Source of the DNA: a virus
Taxonomy: Duplodnaviria; Caudoviricetes
Reading direction: 5' to 3' (one strand)
Virus record (IMG/VR): IMGVR_UViG_3300044724_010870
Coordinates: 1-51,079 of that record
Length of the DNA stretch: 51,079 bases
The position numbers and the translations under genes are program-made. The notes beneath the pieces are model-generated. The model did no database searches. It worked only from the letters and a program-made list of their open reading frames with translations, and was not told where the DNA came from. Position 1 is the stretch's first letter. Every line of letters starts with the position of its first letter. Below, one piece after another: positions 1 through 8,992 of the stretch.

Positions 1-2
1 TC

Positions 3-752
3 TCTAGTAATATTGCATGTGTTACCCCAGACACAGAGCACAAGCCATCATACTCTAATATTGACCCACTAGAACTCTCGAGGCTCATACATCCGGAAAA
101 AATATCAACCGCATCACTAGATTTCCTAGGCAAGGATCACGACTTATCAAAATACGAAACCTTACACATTGGCAAATATTTTAAAAACAAAATACTCGAA
201 ATCATACCAGACTTCATACCAACAGGTGACTACACCCCTCATAGATTAGTAAATCTTAGGGCCGATCATTATCTAGATAAAGAGCATATTGAATACTGGC
301 TCCAGTTTAATTGTAATTTAATGATCAATAAAGCAATAGATATTAATTTAATAAGAAAACACATAGACAACATAGCTGGAATGACGATATTCTGCGGGGA
401 TGAATCAATAACCCCATACTATGTACAACAACTACAACAGCTTAATATAAAATTTAATTTAATATGCAAAGATAATGACCTAATATCCGATGTAAGACTA
501 GATTTCTTTAATTGGACAGTAGAAGAATATTCCATTACAGATAAAAAAGATCTTGACTTTATAGATAGATTGTGCGATAATACCAAATATGAAACAAATA
601 AACAGCTTTTCTCAAAAAACAGAGAGTTTAAAAGTAAGGCTCATTGGCTTCATGCAAACGAACAACAAGAACATAGCAGTATTATAGACTCACCAGATTT
701 TTGGGAAGAGTTAGAACACATGAATATTTATAATTATGACAGGCAAAACTAA
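3..752 (+). CDS. 5'-truncated hypothetical phage protein, possibly with a GT-B/GT9 glycosyltransferase-like N-terminal part
   Basis: The frame of the listed 143-aa ORF (321..752) is open back to position 3 (SSNIACVTPDTEHKPSYSNIDPLELSRLIHPEKISTASLDFLGK...), so the gene starts before the window. IHPEKISTASLDFL resembles the I-x-P-E-x-V/I terminal helix of GT9-like proteins (weak). Confidence 0.6.
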   Translation, partial: SSNIACVTPDTEHKPSYSNIDPLELSRLIHPEKISTASLDFLGKDHDLSKYETLHIGKYFKNKILEIIPDFIPTGDYTPHRLVNLRADHYLDKEHIEYWLQFNCNLMINKAIDINLIRKHIDNIAGMTIFCGDESITPYYVQQLQQLNIKFNLICKDNDLISDVRLDFFNWTVEEYSITDKKDLDFIDRLCDNTKYETNKQLFSKNREFKSKAHWLHANEQQEHSSIIDSPDFWEELEHMNIYNYDRQN

Positions 753-1551
753 AATCCAAGAAAAAGCAGAGAAATCAAAAATCAAAACATCCAATAGCAA
801 GGGCCCCGAACTTTACAAAAGGGATGAAAATGGCCTACTGGAAAACATATTGTACGAGTTCAATGAAGATGGCTCTATAAACTGGAGGGCCATGATTAAA
901 GAAGAGCATTTATTCCCCAATAGGTCCTGGTTTCAATCAAGAGGTAAAGACACTCCCAGAACAATAGAAGGCCTAGCTGACCATCAATTATTGATTAAAC
1001 TTGCGGGCATTAAAGAATTAGCCAAACTTAGAGGCTTCAGGGGTGTAACCTACGACATAATAAAATGCGAACAAGATCATGTTGCGGTTACTTGTTCAAT
1101 GGATTTTATTGGTAATTATGAAACATGCGGAGACGGAATACTTTTCCAGGATTCAGCAAATGCCACACTAGATAACACGAGCAGCTTTGCAACAAAATTT
1201 CTTGAAACAATAGCTTGTAATAGAGCTTTTGTTCGCTGTGTAAGAAACTTCCTTAATGTTCATATTGTTGGAGACGACGAAATAGACAAATCTAGTCCCC
1301 AACAAACAACATCAACTTCTGTCTCTACAAAAAACTCAAACCCATTTAGCCCATCTACCACCTTAATGAAGAAAGCTAAATCATCCCTGGGTTGTTCTGA
1401 TTTCTCTGATTTCAAGAACCATATTAGAGAGTGGTGGAAGGCCAAGGTTGATGGAGTTTACCAAAACAAAAATGTCACCAACTGGAATGATTGGTCCGAC
1501 ATATCAGATAAAGATGCAAGAATACTAATAGGAGTAATTGGTAATCAATAA
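736..1551 (+). CDS. Putative Rad52/Sak-like single-strand annealing (recombination) protein
   Basis: 271 aa, overlapping the upstream gene. The core LLIKLAGIKELAKLRG...VAVTC...ANAT...ETIACNRAFVRCVRNFLNVHIVGDDEI resembles the A-x-x-R-A-x-x-R-x-x-R...G-x-[DE]-E motif of phage SSAP-like proteins, followed by a S/T-rich linker and a small C-terminal domain. The CDS is confident; the function is moderate. Confidence 0.5.
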   Translation: MTGKTKIQEKAEKSKIKTSNSKGPELYKRDENGLLENILYEFNEDGSINWRAMIKEEHLFPNRSWFQSRGKDTPRTIEGLADHQLLIKLAGIKELAKLRGFRGVTYDIIKCEQDHVAVTCSMDFIGNYETCGDGILFQDSANATLDNTSSFATKFLETIACNRAFVRCVRNFLNVHIVGDDEIDKSSPQQTTSTSVSTKNSNPFSPSTTLMKKAKSSLGCSDFSDFKNHIREWWKAKVDGVYQNKNVTNWNDWSDISDKDARILIGVIGNQ

Positions 1552-4500
1552 CTCATCAACACCCTGATTGAGTGAACTCCTTTCTCTTTTATTTTTGCGC
1601 TCCTAAATGAATGGTTGTAGTACCCTTCGCTATCTTTATCTCCTCTTGTTACCTCAAAAGTTGCTATAGTTTGCCCATCCTGAATATACTCTAGCTGAAA
1701 ATGAGATGGCTCCATTTCAGTCCTCCATTTCCCATGCAAAACGAAAGACACCAATCCTCCGACTTCTTCTATTACCTCTAAGTCAACCATGGCCCCAGTT
1801 CTGTGATTCTCAATGTATTGATTGTTGTAAATTACAGGGGTAATAGGATCTCTCATCTGTAAATCTTTCTCAATGCTATCAAATTTATCAAAATTATACT
1901 CCTTAGCTTGTATGGAATAAGCACCCTTGTTTTCTTCCTTGATCGATTCGACCATGTATTGCCTTGGGTTAGCCATGTTAACTGTGTCCTTAATTATGAA
2001 AGACTTGTTTTTAGCATCTTTGTAATTAAAAATACTTTGATCATCTAGGTTTACTTTTTTCTCCAATATATAACCCTGTTTCAGGTCCCCCCTGACAGAC
2101 ATCCATTTACCATGTGCATTCGGGTCGTCTGATGGTGCGGCAGATAAATAATATCCATAATTTTCGTAGTTTTCTGCGGGGTCAGCTGAAAACGGCAAGT
2201 CACCAAATTCTTCATCTTGCTTTCTTGGAATCCATCCATCGTAAGTTATTTCTGCTGTGTAGTTCTTTGGGTTTAGCCACTCAAAACGTCCATTCTTATA
2301 CATTCCGCCAATCCATGCATTGCCTTTTCCCTTTGGCATATTTAAGTATAGAAGATACTGGTCTTGATCCGAACCTATCGATGCAAGCTGCCCGCCTCTT
2401 TCTTTGGCGTCATGAACAGCTTCCTCGAAAGTAAACTCACCCTCTATATACTGAAAAGATTCATCTATAATAGTTAATCTTTCTCTATTTTTTGATATCT
2501 CTACAACCTGAAGTTCTCTGGTTTGTTTCTTTCTTAAGTTATCTATATTATTCTCTCCGGTGTCAGGGTCTACCTGTTCCTTGTTATTATCTAGAGACTG
2601 TATGGTTTCAAACTCGCTTAGATCAAAAATTTCTATTGACTTCCATGTGCTTTTATCCCAAGACTCTATTATTGAATTAATTGGGTAATCTAAATATATA
2701 TGCATATATCTTGCCTGCTGATCTATAATTGTGTTTTTAATCTTTCCTGCAAACCTCCCTATAGTTCGTTTATTATCAAGTACATCTATTATGTCACCAG
2801 GCCTTAGGTATGAACCAACTATATTTGTTTTAAATGAAACTACCTCTGTTTCTAAATTGGCGGATTTAATTAAAAATTCAGCAGCTCTTTTTGCTTGCGA
2901 CTGGGAGGTTATACCAAATCCCTCTACGGATGATTCTATTATGTTGTTTTGATTAATTGCTTCTTTGTCTTCACTGACTTCTATTTTAGGCTTAAATGAT
3001 TCATATTTATCAGTGTACCTAATTTTAACTTTATTTGTTCTAGCTGTCTTTGGCAGGTTTGAATAAGAAAAGCCCTCCTCAGATATGCTGGCATTATTAA
3101 AGAACATTACAGAATCTTTATGCTCATCTTGAAAAAACTGAATTTTACCCTCAGACCAATACATGAAAGATCTAAACACCGCTAGCATTTCATTAATCAT
3201 CTTGTAAGCACTTTGACTTTCCATAATTAATGCATTCATGGTGTATCTAGGCTCAACCAGAGGGTAGTCTATTTCTGTAGCACAATACCCAGATTTAAGG
3301 CTTCCTTGCAGTGGTTCAGTTATATATACTGCAAAATAACCTGGGTTTCCTGGGGCATCATAACTAATTCTTTCGATGATCGCTCGCTCGTAAGTGGAGT
3401 CTTCGTAAAAAATAGCTAAACCTGCCCCAGAATATCCAAACATTTCAAATATTTCTACATTGGTTAGATTTAATTTATTAATTAATAAAATTGATTCCTG
3501 ATTCTTTTTTACATTAAAAAAACTCTTATTATATTTAGGTGAATATCCGGTCGGCACAAACTGATCACAGTATTTTGCCATTTTATACAAAGTCCACTTG
3601 TCTACATTCTCTAACTGTATGCCAAACTTTCCTAATCCATAAGATTTGTTTGATATAATGTCCATCAAACACCAAGCTGGATTATCTGTCCACTGCTTCT
3701 CGGGTTTAAATGTTCCGTCCCAGAGATCTGGATACCTCCTGATTTCAGGGTCGTAACCAGTTGGAACTAAAACTTTTTTTAATTTTAGGTCATAATTTCT
3801 TGTAGGCACCTTACCACCAGTATCTCTAGCATTTACTCTAGTGCCCACAACTACAGAGTTTGGGTAACTTGTTCTAGTTTTAACTACCTCCGTTATAGAG
3901 GCTACCTCAACATCTGCCGCATACCTCTTGGCTTGTTCTCCCTCTACTACGGGATTACGTTCCCTTGTTAATTTGTATATTTTAATAACCCTCTGCTTGT
4001 TTCCAGGATTATCTGGTAGGAATATTTTTATATCTTTTCTGTATGGGTTATTAACTATAGAATAAAATGCCACATCAGTTGAGTATAATTCTTCACCTAT
4101 ATTTCCATACTTAATCCTAAACATCACTTTGTTAGGCCATAACTCTCCGGAATTATCAATTCTCGTCCCCATACTAAATGTGCTATTTTTATCACCTATG
4201 TAATATAAAACTCCAGCACCTATCGCAACGAGTACAGCTGCCATAGCAACAGAACCGAAATTTTTAGTAGTACCAACAGTGCCCCCTCCAATAGTTATAC
4301 CCGAACTTTGCAAGGCTGCTCCAATCTGTTGAGCTAATAAAATACTTCCTATGAGCAGCATTAATTGACCAATTTTATATGTAATTTTTACTTCGTCTCC
4401 AGGGTATATGTAAAAAAGCTGGTTAATTTGTAGTGTTACATACAACTCATCCACTAAAGGATTAATTATATTGTGACGCACGGGGTACTCCTCTTGGTCT

Positions 4501-7500
4501 GCAATAATAGCATTTCTATTAGTTGACAAAAGCCTTTTGAATAAAAAATTAGATATGTTTAGGTAATTACTCGCAGATTTTTGAGCATCCTCTATGGACG
4601 AGTTAATTATAGTTAATTTGAAATCAGTACCAAGCTGGCGCCAATCAATCCAAACACCTATCATATTTAGTTGCTGCGGATGACCGAAACTTTCAATTAC
4701 CCTAGTGTTCGGTTGGAGTAAGACTTCAAGTCCATTATTAGGCAATAAGTCTCCATTGGCATCGGTGTTCCTTGTGTTTGTTATATTTAATATATCCTCC
4801 CTGATCTTTGAGTCCCGAATGCTGGTTACTTCACCCGTGTCTTTCCAGTTTCTGTATATTTTAAACTCACTACCAACAGTAGGTATGTCACTGAAATTTT
4901 TGTAAGGGATGATTAACCCCACCGGCACACCATTAACATCATTTGCAGACCAGGAATATATTTCCCTTGACTCCCCTGATAAATTTCCAGTTGTAAACTC
5001 TATAGTAAAACCCTGTAATATATTTTCGTCGGAGTTAATGAAATCCAAAATCTTAATCATACTTCCGGGTGAGGGCTCATGCTGGCCGGCAGAATAGTTA
5101 CTAGTATCGGTTAAGTTTGTATAAATAGCATTTTCACTATTGCCACCAGAGCCCGGATCGTTTATTTGCCCACTTAACTCGAAAAAGTACTCTTCCATAC
5201 CGTTTATCAAATTTTGGAACCTGAATTTTTTATTTCGATCTGTTTCAATCTCCGCAACACCTCCTTGCATAATAACTCGAGGGTAGTTACCTCCAGCTAT
5301 TTCTTTATCTATAAACTCTTTAAATTTTTCAGAACTTTCTTCAAAGGACTGTATATTTCTGTTTGTATCCGCAACCTCCGTTAAAGACTCGTTGCCCAAA
5401 TAAAGATTCTGTATAAATTCTCCGTCCGCTTGCCTGGTTCGCGAGTATTCATCCTCTGAGTGTGGCACCCAAACTTCTTCCGGGCTATTAATATAAACCT
5501 CCTCCCATAAACTTAAGTTTCCAGAAGGTGTTATATCATCATTAGATCTCCCAAATATTTCACTTAAATATTTAAATGCCCCTCTATTATCTAATGAGTT
5601 TATAGTTAAAGTCTGTTTGTCAATTTCGCTACCCACACTGGCCCCTATCTCATTTTCTATATCGCTTGAGTTTATTAATAACCTCGCTAAACATTCCCTA
5701 GCATTCCTGGTTTTGTACACAACATCTGACGATGAATTTAGGTTTTTAGTATCAGGCCCAAAGTAAATAGACCAACTAGATCCATTCCATATATAATATT
5801 CATCCTTGCTGTCTAATTTCGCAACGGTTCCTGAAAGCTGCCCCTTTTCATTATTCAGTGTGGTCTCACTCTTAGTCCAGGACATTTTTTGCTTGTAACC
5901 AATTGGGTGGAGACCAAGTTTATCAGTTGGTTTTGAATGCTTTTTTAACCTTGGGAACGAAAGCTCTGTCGCTATCAATGGAAGCTTACTCCCATAAGTT
6001 TCTCTTGTTTTTTCATGGTCTGATAGTTCAGATTTTATAATAAGAAACAACCGACCATCTTGCACCGGAACTCCCGAGTCTTGACCTCCTTCTCCAAAAA
6101 CCAAATAACCAACTTTATTTTCGTAATATGATATATCTATATTTGGATTAAATATCCCCAGGAACTTATCTGCATGCTGCCCCATGGTAACATAGTGATA
6201 TCCATCTTCCCCTTTAACCCTAACCTTGTCTCCCAGGTTATAGTATCTTTCATTTTCAATATCTACATGCTGCCCACTAAAAACCTTGTAGTCGTTTATA
6301 CTGGCCTGCCTATCCGGATCCCAGCTTCCATTGTAGGGTGTATAAAACTTATGATTAACCTGGTCATAATATAAACTCAAGCCGTCAAACTCATTCGGGT
6401 GTTGATCGTCGCAGAGATCTTGATCGTATATCTCAGTGCTTTCGAAATTTATTAAATTTAAATCTTGACCCTCTACTTGAGAGTTAGGATCGTAATAATA
6501 TTCAGGCGCCCTATAAAAACCTGTTCCGACACCAAGGTCTGCAGTAATGTTAAATCTACTGGTATAATATCCCCCTCGAGATAACTCACCATTTGAATCA
6601 AATGTTTCCCATTTTACAGTTGAAAAATTTGGGATCACTTGGTATTGATCTGATGGCTGATCAACCTCTTCAGTTCCCTCTTGAAAAATTGTTCCCCCGA
6701 TAAAATGTTTATTCTTAATTGTTTTTTGCTGAAACCCATAGGTTGCCCCTGAACTAAAGTCATTAGGGTTCATTTTTCTTCCGCCATAAAGCTTGGCGCC
6801 TAGTTGTTTTGTATTTGAAGTAAAAAGATATTGATTCTGCATTAACTCTTGTTCGTCAGTTCCAATACCCCCTTTACTGTCTGTTGCGACATCTATATCA
6901 AATTCATTAATATTAAAAATACCTTGCGATCCACCACCCCTCGGGATTTCCATCACGGGAACATCATCTAAATAGACACCTTGTAAAAATTTTCTGTTTT
7001 CCGTGAAAGAGGCATCTGCGCCATTACTCCCTTTCTCTTTAATTGGTAAATGGGAGCCTCCGTACTGATCACAGAAACCCTCCACGGGACCCTCGCACAA
7101 CAAATCAATAGATTTATAAATAGATATCGACTCTAGTAAATCCCAGCCAACCCCAGACTCTTTGTTCCCTGATTTGTATCTTTTACCAACCAGCCTTACG
7201 AATCTTTGGTCAGCGCTACTAGCTCCATCATTAAATAAGACTGGGTAAAACTTTTTTTCGTCTATGCCCCCTTCCCCCTCTTTCCTGGGTAAGCTTTGCA
7301 GGCAAACACATGAAGATAAATTCACATCTTTTTCAGAAACATGCGGAGCCTCACCATAACCAATTTCATCACTAAATTTACTATCAGGAGACCACTGACC
7401 CCCGGGAGCGGGATATGATCCCATTCTTGCCAAAGTTTCTTTATCAAAACCTTTGAAGTAGTTGTACTCGTAATATAAATATCCCCCTAGTGCATTACCT

Positions 7501-8270
7501 TGCTTTCTTATATTTTTAACTATCTGTCCCTCTGCCTGATCTTTCTTTAGCATTGCTCCATAAATACTATCAAATGAACCAAATCCATTCTCAGATGACT
7601 CTTCAGATCTATTATCTGTTACCGTTAATGCAGTTATGCCCTGATCTTCTTGTGATATAAATATAGGATTCTTTTCCCACTGTATATATTCTTCAGATCC
7701 TTCTTCCCCCCATTTGTATTGGGGATACAAAGAAAACAACCCGCCGGGGTTTATAATCGATCCTTTTTCCTTATCCCAGTCATAGTTTAGTGTGGCAGAT
7801 GAAATAACACTACTTCCTAGTTTCATTCTCCCGTACCCTAATGGTATATTTCCACCTTGAAAACTTCTATTAGATTGCCCCTCGATTAAGTACGACTTAC
7901 TCTGAACTTTTAATGGAGACCCATCATCTTTTTCCTCGAAAGACTTAGCTATCTTACTATTTATTGCCGCGCCTATAAAAGATGTCACCCCCATCATTGC
8001 CAAACTAGCCATTGAGCCTGCCGGAGCCGGAAAAATATGAATGTCTTTTTTTGTTGAGAAATTTAATTCACCCTCAGTCTCAATAGGGTCATCCTGAGAA
8101 TATCCCGCTGCATAATAAACCCCCTCTGATTGTTTTTTATCAATATATTTTTTAAGATCTGGGTAGTTTACAAAGATAGCCCTTATTGCTTCCGCACAAG
8201 AGCTTACATCCAACTTAATATGTTCGCCAAACTTAGACGCAAGCTCGCCATGTAAGAAAATATTCTTCAT
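1545..8270 (-). CDS. Tail tip/central fibre protein: lambda gpI-like N-terminus fused to gpJ (TipJ)-like host-specificity protein, with inserted domains
   Basis: 2241 aa. N-terminal gpI signature LHGELASKFG...SSCAEAIRAI...IHIFPAPAGS...GGNIPLGYGRMKLGSSVIS. gpJ motifs DLLCEGPVEG, GVYLDDVPV, SYPNSVVVG, WDGTFK...WTDNPAWCLMDIISNKSYGLG, VDKWTLYKMAKYCDQ, EPRYTMN, GITSQSQAKRAA, LRPGDIIDVLD. Lies directly downstream of gpL/gpK-like genes. Confidence 0.9.
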   Translation of the reverse strand: MKNIFLHGELASKFGEHIKLDVSSCAEAIRAIFVNYPDLKKYIDKKQSEGVYYAAGYSQDDPIETEGELNFSTKKDIHIFPAPAGSMASLAMMGVTSFIGAAINSKIAKSFEEKDDGSPLKVQSKSYLIEGQSNRSFQGGNIPLGYGRMKLGSSVISSATLNYDWDKEKGSIINPGGLFSLYPQYKWGEEGSEEYIQWEKNPIFISQEDQGITALTVTDNRSEESSENGFGSFDSIYGAMLKKDQAEGQIVKNIRKQGNALGGYLYYEYNYFKGFDKETLARMGSYPAPGGQWSPDSKFSDEIGYGEAPHVSEKDVNLSSCVCLQSLPRKEGEGGIDEKKFYPVLFNDGASSADQRFVRLVGKRYKSGNKESGVGWDLLESISIYKSIDLLCEGPVEGFCDQYGGSHLPIKEKGSNGADASFTENRKFLQGVYLDDVPVMEIPRGGGSQGIFNINEFDIDVATDSKGGIGTDEQELMQNQYLFTSNTKQLGAKLYGGRKMNPNDFSSGATYGFQQKTIKNKHFIGGTIFQEGTEEVDQPSDQYQVIPNFSTVKWETFDSNGELSRGGYYTSRFNITADLGVGTGFYRAPEYYYDPNSQVEGQDLNLINFESTEIYDQDLCDDQHPNEFDGLSLYYDQVNHKFYTPYNGSWDPDRQASINDYKVFSGQHVDIENERYYNLGDKVRVKGEDGYHYVTMGQHADKFLGIFNPNIDISYYENKVGYLVFGEGGQDSGVPVQDGRLFLIIKSELSDHEKTRETYGSKLPLIATELSFPRLKKHSKPTDKLGLHPIGYKQKMSWTKSETTLNNEKGQLSGTVAKLDSKDEYYIWNGSSWSIYFGPDTKNLNSSSDVVYKTRNARECLARLLINSSDIENEIGASVGSEIDKQTLTINSLDNRGAFKYLSEIFGRSNDDITPSGNLSLWEEVYINSPEEVWVPHSEDEYSRTRQADGEFIQNLYLGNESLTEVADTNRNIQSFEESSEKFKEFIDKEIAGGNYPRVIMQGGVAEIETDRNKKFRFQNLINGMEEYFFELSGQINDPGSGGNSENAIYTNLTDTSNYSAGQHEPSPGSMIKILDFINSDENILQGFTIEFTTGNLSGESREIYSWSANDVNGVPVGLIIPYKNFSDIPTVGSEFKIYRNWKDTGEVTSIRDSKIREDILNITNTRNTDANGDLLPNNGLEVLLQPNTRVIESFGHPQQLNMIGVWIDWRQLGTDFKLTIINSSIEDAQKSASNYLNISNFLFKRLLSTNRNAIIADQEEYPVRHNIINPLVDELYVTLQINQLFYIYPGDEVKITYKIGQLMLLIGSILLAQQIGAALQSSGITIGGGTVGTTKNFGSVAMAAVLVAIGAGVLYYIGDKNSTFSMGTRIDNSGELWPNKVMFRIKYGNIGEELYSTDVAFYSIVNNPYRKDIKIFLPDNPGNKQRVIKIYKLTRERNPVVEGEQAKRYAADVEVASITEVVKTRTSYPNSVVVGTRVNARDTGGKVPTRNYDLKLKKVLVPTGYDPEIRRYPDLWDGTFKPEKQWTDNPAWCLMDIISNKSYGLGKFGIQLENVDKWTLYKMAKYCDQFVPTGYSPKYNKSFFNVKKNQESILLINKLNLTNVEIFEMFGYSGAGLAIFYEDSTYERAIIERISYDAPGNPGYFAVYITEPLQGSLKSGYCATEIDYPLVEPRYTMNALIMESQSAYKMINEMLAVFRSFMYWSEGKIQFFQDEHKDSVMFFNNASISEEGFSYSNLPKTARTNKVKIRYTDKYESFKPKIEVSEDKEAINQNNIIESSVEGFGITSQSQAKRAAEFLIKSANLETEVVSFKTNIVGSYLRPGDIIDVLDNKRTIGRFAGKIKNTIIDQQARYMHIYLDYPINSIIESWDKSTWKSIEIFDLSEFETIQSLDNNKEQVDPDTGENNIDNLRKKQTRELQVVEISKNRERLTIIDESFQYIEGEFTFEEAVHDAKERGGQLASIGSDQDQYLLYLNMPKGKGNAWIGGMYKNGRFEWLNPKNYTAEITYDGWIPRKQDEEFGDLPFSADPAENYENYGYYLSAAPSDDPNAHGKWMSVRGDLKQGYILEKKVNLDDQSIFNYKDAKNKSFIIKDTVNMANPRQYMVESIKEENKGAYSIQAKEYNFDKFDSIEKDLQMRDPITPVIYNNQYIENHRTGAMVDLEVIEEVGGLVSFVLHGKWRTEMEPSHFQLEYIQDGQTIATFEVTRGDKDSEGYYNHSFRSAKIKEKGVHSIRVLMSY
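2058..2456 (-). other. C-type lectin-like domain inserted near the C-terminus of the gpJ-like protein
   Basis: FQYIEGEFTFEEAVHDAKERGGQLASIGSDQDQ...AWIGG...FEW...YDGW...GKWMSV...GYILEK fits the Cys-less bacterial CTLD pattern. Boundaries approximate. Confidence 0.8.
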
Positions 8271-8277
8271 CCTTATA

Positions 8278-8284
8278 ATTACAC
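8278..8284 (-). promoter_or_regulatory. Putative phage late-promoter motif GTGTAAT, 7 nt before the gpI-J ATG
   Basis: Minus strand reads GTGTAATTATAAGGATG. The same motif recurs upstream of other structural genes. Confidence 0.5.
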
Positions 8285-8992
8285 AAGTTGCCGCATTCTG
8301 TACACAGCTTTTATTCTGCTACTCCAATGGTCTGTTATCATTTCTCTACAAGACAGTTTCTTAATATCTTGATGCATGAAAAACCCATTGCCCACATAAA
8401 CTCCTACATGCACACCTTCTCCACGTATACCGCTAAATATAATTAAATCATTTTTTTTAATTTCTGAAACTTTAACCTTAGTGCAATTCATCTTAACCCC
8501 TGACAATAGTTTCTTATTAGCTCCTTCTGATTTTTCCCACCAATGGTTTTTCACAGAGTTGTAAACATTAATGCCGCACTCTAATTTATAATAATCCATC
8601 ACTAAAGAGCCGCAGTCATTAAAACCTTTTATATACCTCCTACCTAATAGTTTCCGCGGCTTAAAAGTCGTTGGGATATGTAAGTGAAATTTTTCGCTAA
8701 CCAAACTGTAGATCAAATACGGTACCCCCATTTCATAAGATTGATTCCTATCTGAGTCTGAAGGCTCCTCACTGGCTTTGTGATGACTATGATATATTCC
8801 GAGCAACCTATCTTGTGATTTATATTTTAAAAATGACTTATGCGGTATGCTGAAATCTCGTTCTATATTATCACTAATGTTGGGCACGGAAATAACAGAA
8901 GGCCTATTATCTTCACCAAGAACAACCAATCCGCAAACCTCCTGGTGCGGCAGTGATTCGGCATGGTTTATAATTATCTTATCAAAGCTCAT
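8279..8992 (-). CDS. Tail assembly protein K-like (JAB/MPN metalloprotease + NlpC/P60)
   Basis: 237 aa. JAMM motif E(VCG)...HSHHKASEEPSDSD; NlpC/P60 motif GFNDCGSL...HVGVYVGNGFFMHQ. Position between gpL-like and gpI/J-like genes matches lambda. Confidence 0.9.
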   Translation of the reverse strand: MSFDKIIINHAESLPHQEVCGLVVLGEDNRPSVISVPNISDNIERDFSIPHKSFLKYKSQDRLLGIYHSHHKASEEPSDSDRNQSYEMGVPYLIYSLVSEKFHLHIPTTFKPRKLLGRRYIKGFNDCGSLVMDYYKLECGINVYNSVKNHWWEKSEGANKKLLSGVKMNCTKVKVSEIKKNDLIIFSGIRGEGVHVGVYVGNGFFMHQDIKKLSCREMITDHWSSRIKAVYRMRQLV

